Part shown: in pieces, positions 1 through 9,656 of the stretch
How the letters are laid out: every line of letters starts with the position of its first letter
How positions within the stretch are numbered: position 1 is the first letter of the stretch
Source: Basidiobolus ranarum
Taxonomy: Eukaryota
DNA: 38,279 bases
NCBI GenBank assembly: GCA_040143965.1
Contig: JASJQH010006923.1
Coordinates: 1 to 38,279 of the forward strand
Direction: 5' to 3'
Notes under the pieces: model-generated
Told to the model about the DNA's origin: nothing
Database searches by the model: none
Seen by the model: only the letters and a program-made list of their open reading frames with translations
Made by a program: the position numbers and the translations under genes

Positions 1-2293
1 TGGTCGTGTGGATGTAAGTTTGTTTAAGATATATTGAAATGGAGAATATAGTCTAAAAAACGAATCTCTTTCTTAGGTGGATAGAGTATTTTTTCAAAGA
101 CTCTTTAGTCTCCTTAAAATTATAATACCTGGAGTCAAATCTAAAGAGTTTTGGCTACTTTTGATGCATTCTGGTTTCTTAGGTAAGTAGAATGTTTTCG
201 ATTCAATTCAACGTAAGAAATAACCAGGAATATTGACTAACTTTTAATCCACTCGGGAAACAGTATTCAGAACATTATTGTCTGTGTACATTGCTGCATT
301 AGATGGTCAAATAGTCAGTGCCTTGGTTCGTGGAAAGGCCAAGGAGTTTGTTAAGGGTATATTATGGTGGATGGCGGCCGCTATTCCTGCAACATATACC
401 AACAGCATGGTAAGTAACTTAATACATGGCTTCTTGGAAATGGAATATAAGCGTTAAACACATTCAATTCATTTAGCTATCTTACATGCAAAGAAAGCTG
501 GCTATACAGTTCCGCACAAGGTTAACAGACTTTATCCATGACAAATATCTTTCTGACATGACTTTCTATACCATTGGTAATTTGGATGATCGAATCAAGA
601 ACGCAGATCAGTAAGTCTTGACGCTAATCTGACCCTCTTGAGCACCATTTTAAACCATAACTTTGATGTTGATAGATGTGTTACCGTGGATGTCATGAAA
701 TTCTGTAATTCACTTTCCGAGTTATACTCGAATATGGCGAAACCTTTATTAGATTCAGTAATTTATAATTACCAACTATCTCGTAATGTTGGTGGAGAAG
801 GATTATTCGGATTGAACTTGGTCGTTCAATTTTCAGCCTGGGTTTTACGTGCTCTAACCCCACCATTCGGTAAAATGGTTGCTGATGAGCAGAGACTTGA
901 AGGAGAGTTCCGCTTTACCCACTCACGGGTCATTGAAAACGCAGAAGAGATTGCTCTTTATGGTGGACATGAAGTGGAAAAGATCAATTTGGATAGAAAT
1001 TACTTTTCATTGATTAAGCACGTGAATCGTATCTTCAGAATGAGAATCTTCCATGGTATGCTAGAAGATTTCATCATCAAGTATTTCTGGGGAGCCATGG
1101 GTCTTGTATTATGTGCCATTCCAGTATTCTTTGATGTAGGGGATAACAGGGGAGGCAAAGACTTTGGTTCAAGAGCTAAAGGTAATTCAATGTCACGTGA
1201 AACAATTTAGATAATCGTTAACCTTTTGGTTTGATTAGGTTTCATCACTAACAGACGGCTACTTTTGAGCTCTTCGGATGCCTTTGGACGAGTGATGTAC
1301 TCATATAAAGAGATCACTGAGTTGGCCGGTTATACTGCCAGAGTAAGAAATCTTACTAGATTGTCCATATCGATTCACCAGGCTAATATCAATGGTTTCT
1401 AGGTAACCGAGCTCTTGGAGGTGTTTGAAGATGTTAAAAATGGACGCTTCCAAAAGACTTTAGTCTCATCTGCTTCGGATGAAAATTCCAATGTACTTGC
1501 AAGTCGTGGTGAAGTGGTCGAGAGTGACATCATTGAATTCAAGGATGTTCCAATTGTATCACCCAATGGGGATATCTTGGTTCGCGATCTTAGCTTCAAC
1601 GTTAAACCTGGTATGCACCTCTTAATCGTTGGCCCTAACGGATGTGGTAAGAGCTCCATGTTCCGTATTCTTGGAGGACTCTGGCCTGTGTATGGTGGTA
1701 CCGTTCACAAGCCTAGCCCCAAGGAGGTATTCTACATCCCACAAAGACCTTATCTTTCACTTGGAACACTTCGTGATCAAATCATCTACCCACATACCGT
1801 AGAAGAGATGAAGGCCAAGAATGTTACAGATGATGATTTACAAAAGATTTTGGAACTGGTGCAGATCGGTAATATCGTCGAACGTGAAGGTGGTTGGGAG
1901 AAGGAACGGGAATGGAGAGATGCTTTATCTGGTGGTGACAAACAACGCATTGCCATGGCACGGTTATTCTATCATAGTCCACGTTATGCGATCTTAGACG
2001 AATGTACAAGCGCCGTCAGTATGGACATTGAAAAGATCATGTACACACACGCTACCGATCTAGGTATCTCATTATTAACAGTCTCGCATAGGCCAAGTCT
2101 TTGGAAGTATCACAATTATATTCTACAGTATGATGGTCAAGGTGGCTATGTCTTCACCGAGTTAGATGCTGAGAAAAGATTGGCTCTTCAGGAAGAGAAG
2201 CAAGTGATTGAACAGAAGTTGGTAGAAATACCAAAATTACAAACTAGATTAGCCGAACTTAAAGCTATTCAAATGGAGAGAGACCAAGAGTAA
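1..2293 (+). CDS. PXA2: Peroxisomal long-chain fatty acyl-CoA ABC half-transporter (ABCD family, Pxa2-like); 5' end lies outside the window. Exons approx. <1-13, 77-182, 264-409, 477-610, 676-1181, 1239-1342, 1403-2293
   Basis: Spliced translation gives [17 protein letters not shown]..., [13 protein letters not shown]-like [23 protein letters not shown], Walker A GPNGCGKS, signature LSGGDKQR and Walker [11 protein letters not shown]. All introns are GT..AG and keep frame. Confidence 0.9.
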
Positions 2294-2416
2294 AATATCT
2301 AATTCATCTTACATTTAAATAAAAACCATATCAATCTGTGGATTATTACTAATGCAAAGAGACGTTTATTGCAACATGATCTAATGGCATGTATACTGGG
2401 GGTAACAGAGGGAGAT

Positions 2417-2932
2417 CTAAAGGTAAGAAACAAGGCGGAACACGGAAAAGTAAGTCAATATAAATACTGGATTGACCATATTTCCGGTACTTTTCGTGGT
2501 TGGTGTTGGATTACTAGATGAGCCAGGGGTAGTAGAGGAATTACTATTCACTGATGGAATACTACTACCACTAGCTAGGATAGTGAAATAGGGGCTATAA
2601 GCTACGACGGATCCGACTCCGATACGAATTGCATATTGACTACCAGTAGCAGTATTGCCAGGAATATCCCATTTGTACTGACCAGAAGAGGAACTGACAG
2701 CGGTAGCGATGGTACCTACCTGTTGTAGGGTGGTCATCGCCCCAGACATCAAAGTGATATCGAATTTTTCGGCCATTGGTTTACCATTGGCATTGTCAGT
2801 CCAAGTAATGAACTGACTAGACCCAGCTTGCCAAACATTGTTCATCGGGGCGGTGATGGCAACATCAGCATTAACATAACCAATAACCAAAGAAATGCAT
2901 GCGACCAATGAGGCGGTATTGGAGAAGTACAT
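2417..2932 (-). CDS. Secreted Ser/Thr-rich, probably GPI-anchored cell-surface protein (Kre9/Knh1-like N-terminal domain)
   Basis: Signal peptide MYFSNTASLVACISLVIGYVNA; ITAP..WQAGSSQFITW..GQYKWDIP..YAIRIG..YSPYFTI pattern; S/T/P-rich linker; hydrophobic C-terminus. ATG 2932 preferred over the ORF-track start 3004 because a TATAAAA lies at 2993-2999. Confidence 0.8.
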   Translation of the reverse strand: MYFSNTASLVACISLVIGYVNADVAITAPMNNVWQAGSSQFITWTDNANGKPMAEKFDITLMSGAMTTLQQVGTIATAVSSSSGQYKWDIPGNTATGSQYAIRIGVGSVVAYSPYFTILASGSSIPSVNSNSSTTPGSSSNPTPTTKSTGNMVNPVFILTYFSVFRLVSYL

Positions 2933-2992
2933 TCTGTATTGGAGTGTTGGATGTCTGTCGGATAGCGATATTAGAAGGAAATCCTTCTCTTC

Positions 2993-2999
2993 TTTTATA
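2993..2999 (-). promoter_or_regulatory. TATA box candidate of the GPI-protein gene
   Basis: TATAAAA on the minus strand about 60 nt upstream of ATG 2932. Confidence 0.5.
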
Positions 3000-3120
3000 C
3001 CCATCGAACCATTGTATGGATGTATCTATGACAGATTCGGTGATTATGGTTCATAATGGATGTAATGCTGGACGTAATGCAAATCATTGTTGCCGGAGTA
3101 TTTTGGTTGAAGTTGACCAT

Positions 3121-3213
3121 ATTAAGCATATGATAGGTAGATGGTAGGGAAATAAGCATATGGTAGGTAGATGGTAGGGAAATAAGCATATGGTAGGTAG
3201 ATGGTAGGGAAAT
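3121..3213. repeat. 30-bp tandem repeat, three copies (aataagcatatggtaggtagatggtaggga)
   Basis: Directly visible at 3121, 3151 and 3181. Copies 2 and 3 are identical; copy 1 has two differences. Confidence 0.95.
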
Positions 3214-3737
3214 GGTAAGTGCACCTTAGCTCATCGCGTATCAATAGGTAGAGCGAAGTATGGTGTACTTTCATTTCGTAACCCTTGCATGGTAGCACGA
3301 TGTTGAAAAAAACAAGCTTGTCTCCTTGTAATTCCGGGTACATGCTGCTTGGAATATGATAATGGATAAGGTTTCTGATGATCAGCTTGTAGGGTGGTTA
3401 TGATTTAGCTTCCTATCCAACGTTTCAGATCCATATTTTGTTACGATAAGCAACGAAGCTAGTTCGAACTTGGCCAAATCACCAATACATATATATATAT
3501 AACATGCATTCCCCACCAACATGCATAGGAAGAAACACAATCGTTCGAATTATTAGATCTTTGCTAAATTAGGGAGTCCATGGTAACATAGGCGTAACCA
3601 GATATTGATACATGTTTGGACCCGGATTTTTAGCTGCTCCCTCACACTTGTAGATAAATAGAGGCTGCAGTATTGGATTGCTCTGAGCTATAACCCTTTT
3701 CTTCTTGTAACTAACTAAATTTTTTCGTGTTGACGAG

Positions 3738-4547
3738 ATGGGGATCGTGAGTGTAATCGTCTGGCTAAGCAATTGGATGGAGAAGCTTTGGACTTTGAGC
3801 ATTCTACTTGCTCACTCCATACTATTGAGCTTCTTTGGAACATCTGCAGTTCAGAAGTTTTATAAATATTTTGATTATCTATTTTTACTTTGCATCAATA
3901 ACTCCAGTAAAGTAAGAAGACAAGAGTACAGCTCCATCGTAGCCTCATCCCCTACTGCCACAGAGACTGAGTTGGATCTTTTAGTAACATTAATCTGGAT
4001 ACCTCATCAATTCTTGGTTTATTCCATGAATTTCATCGCTCTTCAATTCATCTATCAAGAGCTCGTACGCGGATACAAACTGTTGAAGCAGTTTAGTTTA
4101 ATCATCAGAGAGTTAACAAATAGATCTCACCGTAACCGTAACTCAAGTCGTAGTCGTAGCCCTGACCGTAGTCTCCACCCCAGTCCTAATGGTAAAATTG
4201 AATCAACCATTGAATCGGATGCAATTGAATCAGCTATTGAATCCGATGTAATTGAATCAATTAAATTGAAACACCCCCGACAATTCTTCATCACACAAAA
4301 ATCTTCACCCAAGAATAATCCATTCGAACACCTTTTCGTAACACCTAGAGACCATTCATCTCATTCTGTAGATACTGACTATTCTCCTTCCCCTTCCCCT
4401 TTCCCTTCCTCCTCTCTTTCTCCTGCCCCCGCTCCCTTGCGTAAACCTAAATCTAGTCTTTTGAAGCGATTCTCTTCCAAGTCTATGAAGATGAAAACCT
4501 TTTGGGGCCGTTTAAGCCTGCGTGGGAAATCGAAAAGCACTCTATGA
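3738..4547 (+). CDS. Hypothetical 269-aa protein with hydrophobic N-terminal segments and an S/P/R/K-rich, likely disordered C-terminus
   Basis: 810-nt uninterrupted ORF in AT-rich DNA, starting with ATG and followed by an AATAAA-like signal near 4607. No family recognised. Confidence 0.5.
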   Translation: MGIVSVIVWLSNWMEKLWTLSILLAHSILLSFFGTSAVQKFYKYFDYLFLLCINNSSKVRRQEYSSIVASSPTATETELDLLVTLIWIPHQFLVYSMNFIALQFIYQELVRGYKLLKQFSLIIRELTNRSHRNRNSSRSRSPDRSLHPSPNGKIESTIESDAIESAIESDVIESIKLKHPRQFFITQKSSPKNNPFEHLFVTPRDHSSHSVDTDYSPSPSPFPSSSLSPAPAPLRKPKSSLLKRFSSKSMKMKTFWGRLSLRGKSKSTL

Positions 4548-4818
4548 GCGCCACCATTCACGCGTCCCATGAAATGAATTTGTATAGATATCCACTGTAA
4601 ATCACATAATAAAAATATATATTATTTATTATACTGATCAATCACAATCCTGTAGATATATACGGGGGAAGAGTAAAAGGGGCGAGGATTTCCAGATACA
4701 GTAGAGCTCGGCTCAGTAATGATATTAAAAACGAGGTTGTATGTACAAAAAGAATGGGTTCCGATGAAACTTATTCAGAATGTGGTTACCCAGCATAGAC
4801 GGTGGATGATGGGAAATT

Positions 4819-7310
4819 CTAGTGGTTGGGAATCGTTGGATGTCCACTTGGCATTTGTCCATTGATTCCATGCATACGAGAGAAGGGGCACTCTGGTGGT
4901 GGCTCCATCTGGGAATCTCCTAAACTAGCCTGAGCCATCGAGGTCATATTATGATCTGTAAGCTGGTTCTGAGGGGGGAATGGACACACTAAGGCCCCAT
5001 CCATGGGATGGTTACTAGAGTGAGGGACTCCCGTATCGATATTCGAACTATCCATGAACTGATGCTCTGAAAACCGAGTATCATCGAACAGCATCATTTG
5101 GGAGTTCGGTTGATTTGGATCTTCTGGCATACAATTTACCAAGGTTTCAAGGCTCACTGGCATGTTCAAGTTACGCATGGATTGTGCATGTAACACTGGA
5201 CATTGATTGGATTCTGCCATAGCGTTCATCAGGTTCGAATAGATGGTGAGATCGGGAACTGTTGGTAACGACGGAGTATCGGATACTGGTGAGGAGTTTG
5301 GTGATTGCATATCCGATACCCCTGATACTGACCCATGTCCACTGCTCGTGGTTGAATTTTCCTCTGGTAAGGCATTGCAGTCATCTGCCGATATCACCGG
5401 TTGAGTCATGGGCACTGATATGTCATTTAGTCTAGCAAGATGGTTTTCTAGGAATCTCGAGTACATATCTGATAATCTCCACAGCGTGCTCATCTCGTTC
5501 AACGCTTTGATCAAAAGATTGAGACAAACCAGGGATTTGTTTGATTGCGCTGGACTTCTACACCGACAACCAATAAGGAAGAATCGGGCAGCTACAAACA
5601 CACAGAAATCAAAAAACGGTTTGATTTGATCTCCAGAGGTACTTTGTAAATCTTGAATAATTCCAATAATCGCCTTGGCTTCGTTGAAGCAGAATTTAGC
5701 TGACTCCACGGAGCTCATCGTGATGGTTTTGGTGGATTTATCGCTAAGTTTCTTGAGTCTGGGCAAATGCAGTAGTAATTTCGAAGTATGCTTAAACGCG
5801 TGCATGAGTGTAATCAATGAGGAGTTAGGATCGTTCGCCATCGATGTCTCCTTTGAGAATTGCATTTCAGGTGGGAGATTGTTCTCCCAGAAAATCAGTG
5901 CAGTATTCAGCAACTCGAAGGTCTCCTCTCGATCGGTATCGGGAAGCTTCTCGTATCCACTACTGAATTTGGAGATCCTTCCTAGAAGTACAATTAGGGC
6001 AATAAAGTGGGAAAACGGGGATACTGCAGTTCTAATGTTCAGTGATTCTACTACCGGAAATTCATCATGTAGTCGTAATACTTGGCCTTCCACAGGAGTT
6101 CGTGTTTCCCAGGAATAATCATCGCATGGAAGCATTACAAAAAACTCATCCTCGTTAATCCCCCAGGGTCGCCCCGACTCTAAGCTGACCACTCGGTCAA
6201 AGAGAAAGCAAAACCACCAAACTCGTCGCTTAGTTTCTAATTCTATCCATTTCTCCACACGTAGTTGCGAAATATCTCGATGTTGCTCGTCAATTTTGTG
6301 AATCCCCATGCCTTGTGCCATTCTGTGAAATACATAAAGAGCAGACACGCTAATAAGAAATATGTAAAGACACGAATGAATTCATTCTAAATAAACAAAC
6401 CTAGTGGCCATTCCTGAAAGAATAAGTGAAGAAGATAAGTACATTGGTCTAAGACAATATCTGAAAATAATTACAAACCTATATAGAGTGAGCTTTTGTT
6501 GAAATTGGCCCGTGAAAATTCATAGAAACACATTATCAATAATGTCTGAATAAGTTCAACAGAAGGCTCATCACAATACTCCAAGAGCTTAGACTGAATT
6601 TCGTCTCGATAAGATTCGCCGCTTTTGTCAGAAGAATCATTCGATAAGTATCTACAAGCAATGGCACACATGCTTTGAAGAAGGATTGTTCCTGAGGATG
6701 TATCCTCTAATGTCTCTCTAGAAACAGACGGGTGAACTATAGGAATATGTTGATGAATACGATCAAAATAGACGGCGAGAAGTTGTTGAGTATCTGTGGT
6801 AGATTGATTCAAATTCTCTTCGCGGTTATAAATGGGATCTTGTGTATAAGATTCCTCAGTAAAAGAATCAATAGGCGTTGTTTTCACTCGTTTTTTATGG
6901 TTTTCACCAGGAAGGACCGATTGTAAACAGAATTTATATTTTGATTCTTCATATGGACCATCTTTAGTACCATTTTTCAACTTATCCTTTTTACGTTTCG
7001 CTTGATTTCTTTGTGCGTTATTAGAAGAGGCTAATTCGACAATTTTTCCACCATCCATCTTTAACACTGCATGACGAAAGTTTCCTGGTGAACCGGATAA
7101 AAAGTTCAACGATTCCATAATATTCTGTCTAGGTCCACGCCTTTTATTACCGGTGAGAAAAGTACATGCTACTTTGAGTCGATGACAAGTGGAACACTCT
7201 GGCTTTGCTGCGTCACATTTCACCTTCATTTTTCTACAGCGATCACAGGCCTGTGTTAATCGCTTTTTTTTGTCTAGGCTAGACGCCTCATTTGAAGTGG
7301 ACTCACTCAT
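4819..7310 (-). CDS. Zn(II)2Cys6 fungal transcription factor with middle homology (Fungal_trans) region. Exons 7310-6479, 6413-6401 (13-nt microexon), 6322-4819
   Basis: ACDRCRKMKVKCDAAKPECSTCHRLKVAC binuclear cluster; YFDRIHQHIPIVH; spliced LYIGMATRMAQGMGIH; ETKRRVWWFCFLFDR..GRP. Confidence 0.93.
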
Positions 7311-7564
7311 GCCACTTTACTTACTATATTGTATAAATAATGAGGGCTAGAATACGAATTCTACGTGGACTATATATGTTGTGAGACTAGAGAATGAAGT
7401 AAGTTTGGAAAAGAAGGGAGGAAAAATATAATGGAATTCCTTTCTAGTTAGAAGATGGGGAAAATTATTTCTAAAAACCAAGATTTCTGTATGCCGAATA
7501 TCTCCCCAAAGTACCTGATGTGAATGTGTATAAAAAAATTACTGGTGAATATGGGTCATCTTGC

Positions 7565-7682
7565 ATCTGATAAATTACTCTTTATTTATTGGCTACTTCA
7601 CACGTTTTTATATCAGACTCGTCTTGTACACCAACATCTGATAAAACCTACTGTACATTTGTAATACAGCATATTTATCAGC
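7565..7682. promoter_or_regulatory. Cluster of GATA sites including two ATCTGATAA (SreA/Fep1-type consensus ATCWGATAA) upstream of the Zn2Cys6 gene
   Basis: ATCTGATAA at 7565-7573 and 7636-7644; on the minus strand GTCTGATAT near 7610-7618 and GCTGATAA near 7675-7682. These lie about 255-370 nt upstream of ATG 7310. Confidence 0.55.
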
Positions 7683-7865
7683 CTAAATATAGCAAGTACC
7701 CTCTTCAATCCTTACATTTTGTCCGTCAGAGAATTCTATAAACTAAGCAACTTTGAAGATCACTTTATTCAATTTTACATGAGCCGATGGTGTCAGAAGA
7801 CATATTACAACTGAGAATTTACAAGTCCAGCCTTTGTTTTCACTAATGCTATAAAATACACCACA

Positions 7866-9656
7866 TTAACTGTAAAATGTCCGGATGCCATCTACTTCGG
7901 CAAAATAGTCAATGTATCTGTTCTGAACTTCAGTAAGAACTTCATACGACAGGCCTTCAACTGTATATGGATATGATAGGAGAATGTATAGACGCTGTAA
8001 TTTCTTACAGGACTTCATGATTTCCCTAAGATACTTGTCGGATAACGCCCCATTATCTCGAAAAGTCAAAACTTTAAGACCACGTCCATACTTGGCAATG
8101 GCTTCTAGCGTCAGGTTGGTAATTGGCCACCTATCAATATTTAACGCCTCAAGGTGGCCGCCGTGCAAACGAATAAATTCTACGAATTCAGTGGCAGATA
8201 AAGGTACTTCAGCACATGCTTCAGTCCACCTTGGCCACTCCACATTTAGATCGGTTATGTATGAGCATTGCTTGGTTATTTCGCTTATTGTATCTCCTGA
8301 AATAGATGTCTTCGATAGATTTAGAATCCTTAGGGTTTTTCCATTAGTTTCAAGTATTTTCTTGACTGCTATATCGCTTGTCCACGTTCTTTTCAATGAT
8401 AGCTCGCGTAGTTTATGGCAATGTTTCGCAACAATTGAAGCAATCTCATCATTGAATGAGGCGTTACTGTCTAAGTGAAGTACCTGAAGAGAACCTCCAC
8501 ACTTTGACAATAAAGTTTCCCAAACATCGAAGGGTGGTTTGCGGATCTCCATGATATTCGATAGGCATAATCGCTTCAAAGTTGGCGAGATATTTTGAGC
8601 TAAACATGCAAGGGATTTATGAGAAATGGTGAATCGACATAACTCTAACGACTCCAGGTGAGGACCGTGATTTCTCCAGAGCTCATTTAATACGAGCTGG
8701 GGTACATAGGGTTCTCTATGAAAGCACAACTTCAATTGCTTTAGTTGACCTTGATAAACTTGAGCCAATCTATGACACAGCATCTCTATTGGAGTATATC
8801 TATTGCTGTCTGAGTATGTGAGTTCAATTTCCAATGACTTTAATTTAGGGCAGCTTTTCCACAGATTCTCGGTAAAAGAGTCGGATATTTGAACCATGGT
8901 GAAGCTCAAGTGTTCAAGATCAGGTGTGTGGATCAATATCCTCTCAACCAGTACACTCGAAGAATGCACACATCTTAAAGAAAGTGATTTGAGAGGTGAA
9001 GTCGGCAGTACATCTATTTCATTCATATCCAAGTTATGAAGTAAAGGGTAGTCCGTATCCAAATCCACAGCCAATTCTTGGAGCTCAGTGCAACCGGCTA
9101 GGACACTGCACAAATCTTGAAGCACTCTACGAAACGAAATCCGTGTGTCTCTATAGTGTAGCCGTCGCAAGCCTGGAAGTGCTTTATACGCAACATGTCT
9201 TAGGAAAGTGGTGGGGACGGGTAGTAGATTTACAAATGGCAGGGATATAAACTTCAAGTTTGGGAGTAGACTCACTAGATTGGAGATTTCTTCGATAGAT
9301 CGGATTTGATACATGTACATATCGAACGAAAAGTCATTCACGTATCTCCTGGCTAAATTCAAGTTGTCAGTAATCAGTGTGGATACTGCTTTGAGAAAGC
9401 AATGGACACTAGTCGGTATCCCTCACACACACATACCTTTTGGATTATTGAGAATGGTATCTTTGAATGCCAAGTAAGAGCTTTGACTGTTGAAGCTGGG
9501 TCTGTTCCACAGTAAGGGAGTTGTCAGGCTATACCAGTCCTTGTTCACCAAGCAGCATGACCAGAGATCGACCAAGTCTGCCCCCAAGTATGATAATATA
9601 CAACTCATTACCTCGGGTGGGAAAATAGCTAGTATTGCATCTTGACTATCATTCAT
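7866..9656 (-). CDS. F-box / leucine-rich-repeat (FBXL, RNI-like) protein, copy A. Exons 9656-9437 and about 9385-7866
   Basis: F-box FPPEVMSCILSYL..DLWSCCLVNKDWYSLTTPLLW; repeated LxxLxL units (LKSLEI, LESLEL, LQVLHL, LRELSL, LRILNL); phase-1 intron gtatgt..aagcag restores frame. Confidence 0.88.

Noticed and set aside
1924-1950. ABC signature LSGGDKQR instead of LSGGEKQR
   Set aside because: Conservative change; Pxa2-type subunits are known to vary here and the Walker A/B motifs are intact.
3121-3213. CRISPR-like array
   Set aside because: Units are head-to-tail with no unique spacers, and the context is eukaryotic.
2995-3343. ORFs with repeated MLISLPSTYH / YFPTIYLPYA peptides
   Set aside because: By-products of the 30-bp minisatellite (length divisible by three); no other coding evidence.
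5408-6118. Antisense ORFs over the Zn2Cys6 gene, and similar ones over the F-box, THADA, ZNF830, UBA2 and NR-like genes
   Set aside because: Expected shadow frames of real genes with no recognisable protein features.
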